A model generated the notes under the pieces. It was not told the DNA's origin. It made no database searches and saw nothing but the letters and a program-made list of their open reading frames with translations. From the NCBI GenBank assembly GCA_951406725.2, contig OX597815.1, positions 9,548,001 through 9,612,000 on the forward strand: a DNA stretch of 64,000 bases. Direction: 5' to 3'. Shown piece by piece: positions 38,827 to 51,142 of this stretch (position 1 is the first letter of the stretch; the number at the start of each line of letters is the position of its first letter). Position numbers and translations under genes: made by a program. The DNA is from Octopus vulgaris. Lineage: Eukaryota.

Positions 38827-39775
38827 ACAAATAAGAAAATGGAGAAGCACATTAGTTTGTTCATCAGCTTTAGGATATTAAAGTTGGTATTGGTATTTGG
38901 TATATCCTTTAGTGATGAGTCCATCCGTATGATCTCCATTTCTCCAACAGTATTCATATTGAGGGACCATCATACCATATTCAAATATACTCACTCTTAC
39001 CAGCAATACTCCAAATATTGCATAGATAGTTTATACACATACAAGTATTAGTAATAGATATTCCTCATTTAATTATTATTTAACACCAAGTAAGTTAGGG
39101 GTTGTGGATCCAACCCACTAAGGGATAATACTTATCCAATATACTGTTGGTATAATACCCAATTATTAATACACAAGTGTTTTTAATTGTAATGCAATAA
39201 ACTTACTGATTGTAATAAATTGGTGAAGATAAATAAATATTTTACCATTAATTTATATTACAAATAAGAAAATGGAGAAGCACATTAGTTTGTTCATCAG
39301 CTTTAGGATATTTGATTATACCAATACCAAGGATAGACCAATACCAATTTCAATTGGTATTGGTATATACTTTAGCGATGAGTCCATGTACATATATATA
39401 TAGAGAGAGAGAGATCGTTAATCAAATACATTCAATGAGAATACAATATACTGAATTTCTAATAAGTGCTCCTGGTAGGGAAATGTGTAAATCAATATTT
39501 AGACATTTAATAAGAGCGATTATATATTATATCATAAATTAAGAGCAGGAAAATTACATTAAAATATCATCACAGAAGATATACAACCAAAATATTGTAT
39601 TAATAGAGAGATGTATAAATATATAAAGTATGATTATTTATAATATAATATTTTAAATATGATATAATCTATATCATCATCATCATCGTCGTCGTTTAAC
39701 GTCCGCTTTCCATGCTAGCATAGATTGGACGGTTTGACTGTGGGCTGGCGAACCAGATGGTTGCACCAAGCTCCA

Positions 39776-39809
<34 letters not shown>

Positions 39810-39854
39810 CAATAATAATTCTCTAGATGAGATATAGACAGTGACTGCTCCGTA

Positions 39855-40099
39855 ATATAAGGGATATTAGCCAACCGAATATGGCTAGGGACAGGGCAGG
39901 GTGGTGGGGGTGTCACTGTTGCATTTAGCCCCAGGCGAACATCAACGTCACCAGATAGGCCTGACGCCTTCAAGGGCGCCGTGAAGGCGTCAGGCCTATC
40001 TGGTGACGTTGATGTTCGCCTGGGGCTAAATGCAACAGTGACACCCCCACCACCCTGCCCTGTCCCTAGCCATATTCGGTTGGCTAATATCCCTTATAT
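39855..40099. repeat. perfect palindrome: 118-bp arms, 9-nt spacer
   Basis: 39855-39972 is the exact reverse complement of 39982-40099; the ORF track shows the same peptide on both strands. Confidence 0.95.
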
Positions 40100-40112
40100 A
40101 TATATATATATA

Positions 40113-40490
40113 GGGTGCCAAGAGCATCATCCGAGCGTTATCGTTGCCAGAGCAGCCAACTGGCTTCCGTGCCAGTGGCACGTAAAAGGGCACCATTCAA
40201 GCATGATCGTTACCAGTGTCGCCTTACTGGCACCTGTGCTGGTGGCATGTGTAAAAGGATTCAAGCGAGGTCGTTGCCAGTACCGCCTGACTGGCCCCCG
40301 TGCCGGTGGTACGTAAAAAGTACCCACTACACTCTCGGAGTGGTTGGCGTTAGGAAGGGCATCCAGCTGTAGAAACTCTGCCAAATCAAGACTGGAGCCT
40401 GGTGCAACCATCTGGTCCACCAGCCCTCAGTCAAAATCGTCCAACCCATGCTAGCATGGAAAGCGGGTGTTAAACGATGATGATGGTGGA

Positions 40491-40521
<31 letters not shown>
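40113..40521 (+). mobile_element. family B element (an inverted 3' fragment lies at 39674-39778)
   Basis: Core plus (GAT)n tail. Confidence 0.8.
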
Positions 40522-40523
<2 letters not shown>

Positions 40524-41091
40524 ATGCACAGACATACATAAATATATATGTGTGTGTGTGTGTGTGTGAGTGCATTTATATATATATATACACACACACG
40601 CACACACGCGTGCACACACACAATGATGAGCTTTTTTCAGTTTCCATCTACAAAATCCATTCACAAGGCTTTGGTTGACTTGGGGCAATAGTAGAAGACA
40701 CTTGCTCAAAGTACTGTGTAGTGAGACTGAACCCAGAACCACGCAGTTGGGAAGCAAACATCTTTGCACACAATACCCCTGCACCAAAACAAAATCATTT
40801 GTAAACACATCAAGTAATGATTAGTCATTGAGATTTTATTGTTCCTCCTCACTTCTACCACCACCCCTATAAAATATAACTTAGAAAATGCATTACATAG
40901 AATACCTGAAATGTTCATCTATCGAAATGCAAAACATATTTTCATGTCTGCAGAATTTCATGTTCAAAAACAGACAAAGCAAGCTATCATCGCAGTTTTA
41001 GTGCTGATGAATAACTGACTGCTTTTTTGTTTTTATATATATATAAATCAAAATGTGGCCACCTTCCAGGTTATGCAAAAATATGAAATAA

Positions 41092-41484
41092 TCTATATAT
41101 ATAAAGCTGAAGTTGTCTGTGTATGGCAGGTTTGGTAGCCTTCAACTAACACTTATCTCCTCTGACACCCTGCGGCGCAAGTTGACCAAAATTGAGAGTA
41201 TGATAGAAGAAGGCTTGCTCTTCCTTCCGTAGAAGATAAAATTCAAATTGGACCATGTTAATACCAAAAATTATTTACATCAAAAAGCTGCTTTTTTCTA
41301 TGAAAATCCCTATTTTTTTTACGATTTTTTGACTGCTGTGTCGCCATTTTTCGGAGTATTTCAACCAGAAAAATGTTCACTTAAAGAGAATAACAAGCTA
41401 CATAATGCAAAAATTTTTACTTTTCAAAAATTCCAATTTTAAAGGGTCAAAACAAACCTGAGCAACGCCAGGCGATACTGCTAA
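41092..41484 (+). mobile_element. non-autonomous Helitron
   Basis: A|TCTATATATATAAAG start; cctgagcaacgccagg hairpin; CTAA|T (CTRR) end. Confidence 0.8.
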
Positions 41485-42041
41485 TATATGGTATAATCCT
41501 CTATATAGTTTAAATGTTCATCCTACTATTGCTGTAATTTTCTTATTATATCTGAATATCAAAAGATATTTAGTATATAAGGTATTGAGGTAAGCTACAG
41601 TTTGCATCAAAACTTGACTTATTCCATAGTCAATATAAACAGAAGAAACTTTCAAGTAGGAACATATAAAAGTCTTCTTCACTGTGAAATTTCAACAACC
41701 CAAATATCTGTCCACTCAGTGTCACGTCTTTCTGAAGCATTAGTTTATTGAGCTGAGATCTCTTTTACAAATGACAGTGAAGCCAAAAAGTAATATAGGA
41801 TTACTGAAAATCCCTAGGACAAAAGATTTTGGTAACAGACGTATACATGCAGGCACAGATCTGGCTGTGTTATTTAAAATCCTGTAATGCAGCCCCTACT
41901 ATTACATAATCCAAATGGTACCCACATATGTTTTAGAGAATAACTATGCTGAGCAACAGACATCAACAAATGTTGACCTCTGTTGATCTATGACCCTAAT
42001 GTCATCTCTCTTTCCTTTCTGTGTCTCTCTCTGTGTTTCAG

Positions 42042-42113
42042 GTTCTAGCTGCATATATTCTACAAAATGCCCTTGATCTAGGGGATGAAACTCTACAACC
42101 CTATGGTTATATA
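42042..42113 (+). CDS. SLC9B2: NHA/SLC9B-like antiporter, exon G
   Basis: Strong pyrimidine tract plus ttcag acceptor, gtaagt donor, 72 nt phase 0/0. VLAAYILQNALDLGDETLQPYGYI resembles AAIGSVALDTARSHGEKQLEDYGMD. Confidence 0.85.
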
Positions 42114-42231
42114 GTAAGTGAAACTGCCTTTTTCTTTTGTTCTCATCAGCTTCTGATATAATGTTGTAAAATGAAGAATTCTAGAAGACAACAGTTAGTG
42201 ACAGTACTCTTATATTGTATTGTTATCTTAA

Positions 42232-42463
42232 GGCGGTGAGATGGCAGAAACATTAGTGCCCCGGGCGAAATGCTTAGCAGTTTTTCGTCTGCCGTTACGT
42301 TGTGAGTTCAAATTCCGCCAAGGTCGACTTTGCCTTTCATCCTTTTGGGGTCGATAAATTAAGCACCAGTTACTCACTGAGGTCGATGTAATCGACTTAA
42401 TCCCTTTGTCTATCCTTGTTTGTCCATTCTATGTTTAGCCCCTTGTGGGCAATAAAGAAATAA
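42232..42463 (+). mobile_element. SINE family C
   Basis: tRNA head plus Meta-like domain. Confidence 0.8.
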
Positions 42464-42579
42464 GTACTGTTATATTTTTGGACAATGCAACAAATAACAA
42501 CAGTACTATTATACTCTTAGGTAGTACAACAGGATAACAACAATACCATTATCCCCCTGAATAGTACAGCAACAGCAGT

Positions 42580-42945
42580 GGAGGCGCAATGGCCCAATGG
42601 TTAGGGTAGCGGACTCACAGTTGGAGGATCGCGGTTTTGATTCCCAGACTGGGCATTGTGTGTGTTTATTGAACGAAAACACCTAAAGCCCCACGAGGCT
42701 CCAACAGGGGACGGTTGTACCCCTGTTGTACTCTTTCGCTCCAACTTTCTCTCACTCTTTCTTCCTGTTTCTTGTCCCCGACTTCCTACACAACCGCTGA
42801 GCCTGGATGCGCATTCATCCATCTGTCGATGCTCTCGGTGTCGGGGGTTGACCTGCTTTCTCTTCTGCGGGTCTTACGAATAGCAAAGGGCCACGTTTCG
42901 GACTTCTCCCATCTTGCGAGCTCTGGGATGAAGACCATTCACTCA
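42580..42945 (+). mobile_element. tRNA-derived SINE
   Basis: ggcgcaatggcccaatggttagggtagcggactc...gattcccag head. Confidence 0.6.
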
Positions 42946-43186
42946 ACAGCAACAGCAACAACAGCACTACTACACTGGTATTTGTTCATAGTGGGCAGAA
43001 AATTGGTGGAGTAGAGCTTGAGATAGAATGACTCTTAGTATATGACTCTGTACTCAAATTCAAATCTCACTGAGGTTGGCTTTACCTTTTATCCTTTCAA
43101 GATCAATACCAAAAGTACCTGTCCACAATGGTGGATTTGCAAAACTTTAAAAATATTGGCCTGGACGCCAAGCGGTATTAATTTAA

Positions 43187-43420
43187 AGCGGCGAGCTGGC
43201 AGAATCGTTAGCACGCCGGACGGAATGCTTAGCAGTATTTCGTCTGTCTTCACATTCTGAGTTCAAATTCCGCCGAGGTCGACTTTGCCTTTCATTCTTT
43301 CGGGGTCGATTAAATAAATACCAGTTACGCACTGGGGTCGATATAATCGACTTAATCCGTTTGTCTGTCCTTGTTTGTCTTCTCTGCGTTTAGCCCCTTG
43401 TGGGTAGTACAGAAATAGGT
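43187..43420 (+). mobile_element. SINE family C
   Basis: As other copies. Confidence 0.8.
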
Positions 43421-43802
43421 ATTAATTTTGGTTCTTTGCATTCTGAGTTCAAATCTTGCCATGCCCTACTAGGGTGGATGACTTCTTACTTTATTGCCTG
43501 GTTTAACTTCACCAGCTAGCATCTTTACAGAGTCCACTCTGTTGCAAACATTCAGGTCAAATCTCCAGTTAGAGGATACTTTTTCCTCCCTCTGTCCCAC
43601 AGATCTTGGGGACCCTGTAAAAGATCATGAACACCACCTTCTCTACTAGCTAAAGAATAAAAAATATATACAACAAACAGTGGTAAAACGCTTGTAATCC
43701 TGATCAATACAAACCTCAAATCATCACACTACCTTCATATTTTAGAGATATCAATCTCTCAAATAGGGTTCCACATATACTGTATATAGATATATATATA
43801 TC

Positions 43803-44508
43803 AGCATTGCCTTACTGGCACTCGAGTCCCGTGCTAGTAGGGTATTAAGAGCATGGTATTAAGAGCACCATCCAAGTATGATCATTGCCAGATCAGCTAT
43901 CAGGCTTCCATGCCGGTGGCACGTAAAAGGGCACCATTCGAGCGTGATCGTTACCAACATCGCCTTACTAGCACCTGTGCCGGTGGCATGTATAAAAGAT
44001 TCGAGCGAGGTCATTGCCAGTACCGCCTAACTGGCCCCGTGCTGGTGGCATGTAAAAAGCACCCACTACACTCTCGGAGTGGTTGGCGTTGGGAAGGGCA
44101 TCCAGCTGTAGAAACTCTGCCAGATCAAGATTGGAGCCTGGTGCAGCCATCTGGTTCGCCAGCCCTCAGTCAATCGTCCAACCCATGCTAGCATGGAAAG
44201 TGGACGTTAAGCGATGATGAACGAACGACAATAATCATCATCATCATCATCATCGTTTAACGTCCGTTCTCCATGCTAGCATGGGTTGGATGGTTCGACC
44301 GGGGATCTGGGAAGCCAGAAGGCTGCACCAGGCTCCGGTCTTATCTGGCAATGTTTCTACAGCTTGATGCCCTTCCTAACGCCAACCACTCTGTGAGTGT
44401 AGTGGGTGCTTTTACGTGCCACCTGCACTGGTGCCAGGCAAGGCTGGCATCGGCCATGGTCGGATTGGTGCATTTTACGTGCCACCTGCACGGAAGCCAG
44501 TCGAGGCT
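43803..44508. mobile_element. tail-to-tail inverted pair of family B elements
   Basis: + copy ends ~44220, - copy begins ~44234. Confidence 0.8.
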
Positions 44509-45465
44509 TATATATATATATAAGGTAATAAGATTATCTTATATATATGTAAGATAATCTTTTAAGTTCTAAAAGTGATGGAACCACGTGGTTTGAAAAA
44601 ATATGTAAGTGTTAATACTCTGTAATTTTATTATCTGTTAAGCAGTTTTAATTTAGCTTTAATCACAGCAAGGTTTCATAATAATAGTTAATTACAGGTA
44701 TACTTTTATTGGTTCCTATCTAATAAATTTAATGTTTCTATTAGTTACTAGTAATTTAATATTAAAGCTCGTAAGAGTAATATATATTAACGAGTATGTA
44801 GTGTCTTTATTAACTTTTGTATTATGAAGTTATGTATTTCACTCGTAATTATTATATTATTTGTTAAATTAAATTCAATCGTGTTTTGTTTTGGAGAGAA
44901 TTGAAATAAAGCTTTCAATTTTTTTTATTATAGTAGTAACTATGGAAGACAGGTGAGATTATTATTTGTATGGACTAAAAGATTGGTTACTATTTAGTAT
45001 ACAATTTAGTAATTGTAGGTTTACTATTAACACCGATACAGATGTACATAAATGTATGTGTTTCTTTGTTGTAGTTTAATTTTAAAGTTAGTGTTTAATC
45101 CTGCCTAACTTAATCCTGAAGTGTATGGTGTTAAGTCAATAAAATAACACAGCTGTTCATGTTGAAGTATGCCATCAGGGGTGGTGTCCTTCTGAAGTCC
45201 CGCTGGAAATAGTAGCTGTACTCTCATCAAAGTCTTCTGCTAACTGCTGGCTCACTGACTGGAACAGAATCCCCTTTTTTCTGGATGGATGACACTGTAT
45301 CTATAGCTACCTATTGAAAAAAAAGGTGTGAAATATTGCTGGGTGGAAGCTACTGTCTGTATTAATCTGCAGCCAGCTTTAATTGGCTGAAGTTGTTGTA
45401 GCACTATTGTGCTAATATACAACAACCAAACAGCACTTCCTTGGCTCACCACATAACCCCCACTT

Positions 45466-45648
45466 TATTTCTGCTTTTAGCTTTTCATTTCTTTCTTCTA
45501 TTTGTCCAGGAAATCTTAAACATGCTGTATGAGCACTGCACTGGGACTGATCTATTTCAACAATCTTTTTGTAATCCTGAAGGGCATCTTCAAGCTTGTC
45601 TTCTTTCTCATATAATTCTGCACCATGCAATAAAGCCTCTAAATAGTC
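45466..45648 (-). pseudogene. TTC1: TTC1 (tetratricopeptide repeat protein 1)-like pseudogene fragment, antisense in the last intron
   Basis: DYLEALLHGAELYEKEDKLEDALQDYKKIVEIDQSQCSAHTACLRFPGQIEERNEKLKAEI resembles TTC1 YIRAILRRAELYEKTDKLDEALEDYKSILEKDPS...ACMRLPKQIEERNERLKEEM. In-frame stop just upstream, no flanking splice sites, homology ends abruptly. Confidence 0.78.
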
Positions 45649-45777
45649 TATTTAAGCTTCTCGCTACTTTTATCATGTCGGGGTCACCCATGTAGCTGAG
45701 TTGTTTCTGTGTTTGAATGTAACTATCTAAGAATGCATATCTATTGTTTATGTTGTTGTTGTTGTTCTGCTTTGCAG

Positions 45778-46002
45778 GTTTTGAAGATGACGGTGTTGGC
45801 CATCCTTTTAACTGCACCATTTGGGGCCACTCTGTTGCATCTAGCAGGACGCTACCTCTTGAAGACCCCAACGGAGAGCAGTGATGAGAGCAACATAGCA
45901 CTCGTTACAAGAAGAAAGTCATCAGAAGATTCTGTGGAATCGTTAAATGGAGATGATGGAACTTCTGAAGCTGAACAACAGTTTATGGATATCAGCTTGT
46001 AA
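45778..46002 (+). CDS. SLC9B2: NHA/SLC9B-like antiporter, terminal coding exon
   Basis: tttgcag acceptor. VLKMTVLAILLTAPFGATLLHLAGRYLLK matches VLTVAFLSILITAPIGSLLIGLLGPRLLQK, followed by an acidic Ser-rich tail ending MDISL and TAA. Confidence 0.9.
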   Translation, partial: VLKMTVLAILLTAPFGATLLHLAGRYLLKTPTESSDESNIALVTRRKSSEDSVESLNGDDGTSEAEQQFMDISL

Positions 46003-46174
46003 TAACATTTTTTGTGTGTGCATGTGTGTGTGTCTGTGTGTGTGCATGCATATGTAGCTGGGAGTATTCGTGTGTGTGCATGCATGTATGTGAGTGTGAG
46101 AAAGATAGAGAGAGGATGTATGTGGTTGTGTGTGAAGTTTTTTATGCATATGTGCAGTATTTTCCAGGTATGAC

Positions 46175-46180
46175 AATAAA
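46175..46180 (+). promoter_or_regulatory. candidate polyadenylation signal of the SLC9B-like gene
   Basis: AATAAA ~170 nt after the stop codon with GT-rich sequence downstream; no transcript evidence. Confidence 0.3.
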
Positions 46181-46779
46181 AAGGTGTGTTTAAAAAAGTT
46201 TGGTGGCAACTGGTAAGTTGTTTATATTTAGTCTGAAAAGCTTTTTGCGTATACGTTCTTATTTGATTTCATTTGTAAGAATTGGTGTTGAAAATAGATT
46301 TGTATATGAGTGAATGTCAAAGACTGGTCACATTCAAAGGTCCATCTTCAAATGTCCATTCAAAGGACGAGATAGTGAAGATGCCGATGACTGCTCGGTT
46401 CAAAGTCTCCATTGACCACAAATGGCCTGAACTCTTTCCATGAACACCACCCTGTACATAACTCCATGTTTCCCTCCATGGCCTTGCTTTTTGCTTTTTG
46501 AGCCAAAAAATTAACTTAACTTAACTTAACTTATATTAAAAATTCTGTTGAATCCACTTGGGATTTCGTCTAGGTTGGTCATATCAGACATAAGAAATTA
46601 ATATTATGTAAGAAGTTGGTGTTATGCTATTGTTTGGTTTCATTCAAAATAATATGTATATGTAGATGTGACAGGTCAAATTTGTGTGGGAGTATAGGAT
46701 AGATAAAAAAAATTAAAATTAAATTCAGTGGTTTTTGTCAAAGAATTGCCTCTAAGATGTCTTCTGCTAGCTTTGTGCA

Positions 46780-47015
46780 TCATCATCATCATCATCATTA
46801 TCATCACCATCACCATCATCATCATCATCATCATCATCGTTTAACGTCCGTTTTCCACGCTAGCATGGGTTGGACGATTCAACCGGGTATCTGGGAAGCC
46901 AGGAGGCTGCACCAGGCTCCAGTCTGATCTGGCAGTGTTTCTACAGCTGGATGCCCTTCCTAACACCAACCATTCCGTGAGTGTAGTGGGTGCTTTTTAC
47001 GTGCCACTGGCACGG
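46780..47015 (-). mobile_element. family B element
   Basis: Core plus (ATC)n. Confidence 0.78.
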
Positions 47016-48302
47016 TGCAACCGGCATGGATAAGGTTGGGTATTATCATTTGATGTTAACATATATTTTATACACCTAAATGTTTCTAATACAAATATAT
47101 GGACATATTCACAGATGGCGGTATGCCCCCCACCACCACCACCACCTATTAAATGAAGCCCCCAAAGTGTATATATAACACTTGGAAAATCAAATCTGAA
47201 GACAGCTAGAAAAGTGAAACTTTGAAGATACTGTCAACCCTTTCTTTGTACAAATAAATCAAATACGGTACTGTATGTAAAGCATTGACTGATCCTTCTA
47301 TCTAATATTCAACTGATTTTTATCTAGAACTATACATACATGATAACAAACATTACTCTGTGTGTGTGTACGCACGTGTGTATGTGTGTGCATATGCATG
47401 TGCATGCATGTGTGTGTTTGCACACTAGTACACATGCAGGTGTGTGTAGGTGTATGAGGTGATTAGCTCCATACCATTGCGGCGGTGACCCAGATAATGC
47501 TGTCAATACAAAATAGAAGAGATAATTCTAGAGAGACTAATGTCTGTTACTGATCTATTGTTACGGCCTCCTCTTTCTCGTTATGGCGAAGAATGTCTTC
47601 ATTACAACACATCTCTTCCAATAATGGAAACATTCAGATATTTTCGTAAAAAAAAAAAAACACACTATCCAATAATGATGCTCTTTTTATTGTTGTTGCT
47701 GTTCTTATGAATCTTTGTGTTGTGTTATTTGTTCAATCTCAAAGCAAAGCCATATCATGCAGACTTATGGTCAGAATCACTCCAGCTATGACCATCCCAT
47801 CTGTTTATCTCATAGTGCATTTAGAATTACAATATCAGGTGAGTTTTATTTTTTATTTTTTTATTTTTTTAATTTTTTCATGAAAACAGTAGGCATGTCA
47901 TATGAGAGAGATTTAGCTGCTATTTCTAGTAAGTAGATAGAGGTTTTCTCACCATTAACATAGATTTCAGTGCAGAAAAACAACTGTTATACCCTGGCTG
48001 CCTAAGTCCACCTCACTTGTCTCCATCACCAAACATACAAAATTTGAGTGGACATTAGACTAAATACAATATATTGACATATTTTTTTCTCCTAGATCGT
48101 TAGCCACTACACACATATTTTTCTCTCCTTGTTTCTCTCCTGGTTCTTTTCTGTGTCCCTTTCTGTAGAAGAGCATAGGCTCGAAACATAAAAGACTTTT
48201 TCTGTTCCTGAGCATGAAACTAATACATCTGTTTGTTTTCTACACCACCTGTCTTCGTCTTTTATTTTTTTCGTAAACTCTCCCTATATTTTTAACATTT
48301 TT

Positions 48303-48533
48303 ATTTCTTTACTACCCACAAGGGGCTAAACACAGAGAGGACAAACAAGGACAGACAAACGGATTAAGTCAATTATATCGACCCCAGTGCGTAACTGGTA
48401 CTTAATTCATCGACTCCGAAAGGATGAAAGGCAAAGTTGACCTCGGTGGAATTTGAACTCAGAACATAACGGCAGACGAAATACAGCTACGCATTTCGCC
48501 TGGCATGCTAATGATTCTGCCAGCTCGCCTCCT
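48303..48533 (-). mobile_element. SINE family C
   Basis: As other copies. Confidence 0.8.
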
Positions 48534-48596
48534 ATTCTTAGGTGAAATCAGAAGATAATATAATAAGGCTGGATTGTGTAGTACAGGTTCAATACA

Positions 48597-48640
<44 letters not shown>

Positions 48641-48744
48641 GAAATGACTTTAGTACTGGTCAATCTAGTATTTTATTGACTTTTAAAGGAGTCAGCCTCT
48701 GTGGGATTTGAACTCAGAGCATAGAGAGCTAGAGTCTTTGCTGG

Positions 48745-49127
48745 ATGTTATCAAAGAAGCTTGAGAGGCAGTCGGATGGAACTTACACTTGCCTCCTTAT
48801 GAGAGCTCAAAATCTCTCGTGGAAGCGTCATCCAACCAAAATGCAAATATATGGGAAACTACCACCTATATCATTTCTTGTGAAAGGTAGAAGAGTCCAG
48901 TTTTCTGGACATTGTTGTAGAGCTGAAAAAGAGGTAATTTCTACTCTTCTCCTCTGGAAGCCATCTACTCGCAATACCAGAGGGCGCACACTCTCCTACC
49001 CTGATGTAATCTCCAAGGATACAGGCATCCAGCAACAGGACCTCCATAATGCTATGATGGACCGTGAAGTCTGGCGTAACATGGTAAATTCCATTGCCTC
49101 GACCACGGTCGAACAATGATGATGATG
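48745..49127 (+). mobile_element. RTE/RTE-X-like LINE ORF2 C-terminus with (TGA)n tail
   Basis: LERQSDGTYTCLLMRAQNLSWKRHPT...RRVQFSGHCCR...LLLWKP...AMMDREVWRNMV. Confidence 0.82.
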
Positions 49128-49683
49128 AGAGTTTATATACAGAACATTCTGTTCAGCATCTCAATGACCCCTACCGATGTAGCCCCTACAACAGCAGCAC
49201 CTCTAAAGTGGATTAGGATAGCAGTGCACTGCTCATTTGGTGTCACTGAATCAGCAAAAAAAAAATCAATCTGACATTGGTTGTTTGGCACCAAAATGTT
49301 TTAGCACCAAGAAAATTTAGTTTTCATTCTACTTACCAACTACCATTCTGAGGAATATGTAGCTCATAACTACCGAACCAATAACGGTCAAGACTATTGC
49401 AAAGGTTGCAAGATGCAACGGAAATTTTAGGAAAATAAAAGTAAAGAAATAAGTGGAAATTTTACCGGTGTGTGTGTTAAATAATAAGGCACCAAAAAGA
49501 AAATGACCCTCCCCAGACACAACTAAATAAAGATAGATTTTTCAAAAATCAGTATAGTTTTTTTTTCTTGTTATTTGTGGGGGAAGGTTTGTGTCATACG
49601 AAGGGAGATAACTCCATTTTAACACAACGAATGATATTAGTTTTTTCTCTCTCTCTTTCTCTCACTCTGTCTTTATGTGTATA

Positions 49684-49899
49684 CTCTTTTTTTACTCTTT
49701 TAATTGTTTCAGTCATTTGACTGCGGCCATGCTGGAGCACCGCCTTTAGTCGAGAAAAAAAGACCCTGGGACTTATTCTTTTTGTAAGCCCAGTACTTAT
49801 TCTATCGGTCTCTTTTGCTGAACCGCTAAGTGACGGGGACGTAATCACACCAGCATCGGTTGTCAAGCAATGCTAGGGGGACAAACACAGACACACAAA

Positions 49900-49942
<43 letters not shown>

Positions 49943-51142
49943 CATATATACGACAGGTTTCTTTCAGTTTCCGTCTACCAAATCCACTCACAAGGCATTG
50001 GTCGGCCCGGGGCTATAGCAGAAGACACTTGCCCAAGATGCCACGCAGTGGGACTGAACCCGGAACCATGTGGTTGGTTAGCAAGCTACTTACCACACAG
50101 CCACTCCTGCGCCTATATTTTTTTTGTGTTATGTGGAGACAGATATTTTCGTGCTTGTGTCTATCAGGTTAATTTTCCAATCCATTTAAGAGTTTTCCTC
50201 TTCCCCTTTGCTTCTCTATCTCTCTCTTTTTTTGTCCAAGTGTAGTCTTTTAATGTTTCTCTTTCTCTCTCCTTCTTTCTCTATATGTATGTTTCCATGT
50301 GTGTGTGTGTGTGTGTGTGTTGTTGTTGTTGTTGTTAAGCAACAAGACGGGTAAGGGTGATTAGGTGATGGTCTAGGGCTTAGGGGCAGGAGACCCCAGA
50401 CCTTGGGAAGAAAAAAAAACTTTGGTTGTCTTGTTGTAGTGGAGGGTTCTTCGTTGACACCTGACACCACTGGGAGGTGGCCCTTGAAGTCGCTGGAAAT
50501 GGAGATCTTCAGGTCCAAATTCTTGAATGGCTCTGTGTGTGTGTATGTGTGTGTGTCTGTGTGTGTGTGTGTGTATGTGTGTGTCTGCCTTCAGGGCAAA
50601 CTGTATATAATTAAAAGCATCATCACCAAAACAGTTCAGCACCCAAACAGCTGTGCCCAGTTGTCCCATTCCACAGTGAATCCACAGCAAGTCAACAACA
50701 CTAACAAAAATAAAACTAAACTACACATAACATAGGCGCACAACATAGGTGTAGGAGTGGCTGTGTGGTAAGTAGCTTGCTTACCAGCCACATGGTTCCG
50801 GGTTCATTCCCACTGCGTGGCACCTTGGGCAAGTGTCTTCTACTAAAGCCTCAGGCCGACCAAAGCCTTACAAGTAGATTTGGTAGACGGAAACTGAAAG
50901 AAGCCTGTCGTATATATGTATATATATATGAGTGTGTGTGTTTGTGTGTCTGTGTTTGTCCCCCAACATCGCTTGACCACCAATGGTGGTGTGTTTACGT
51001 GCCTGTAACTTAGCGGTTCAGCAAAAGAGATTGATAGAATAAGTACTAGGCTTACAAAGAATAAATCCTGAGGATGATTTACTCGACTAAAGGTGGTGCT
51101 CCAGCATGGCCACAGTCAAATGACTGAAACAAGTAAAAAAGT
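49684..51142. mobile_element. two inverted SINE A copies (49684-50113 -, 50748-51142 +)
   Basis: Full-length copies in opposite orientation. Confidence 0.82.

Noticed and set aside
44520-45150. Possible mitochondrial insertion (very AT-rich, rRNA-like appearance)
   Set aside because: No recognisable mitochondrial rRNA, tRNA or protein motif; would need a BLAST to the mitogenome.
49329-49520. Minus-strand hydrophobic ORF ending at a GTAAGT donor
   Set aside because: No convincing acceptor or partner exon and no recognisable homology.
50373-50735. ORFs around (TG)n with coding-like composition
   Set aside because: No consistent splice structure or family motif.
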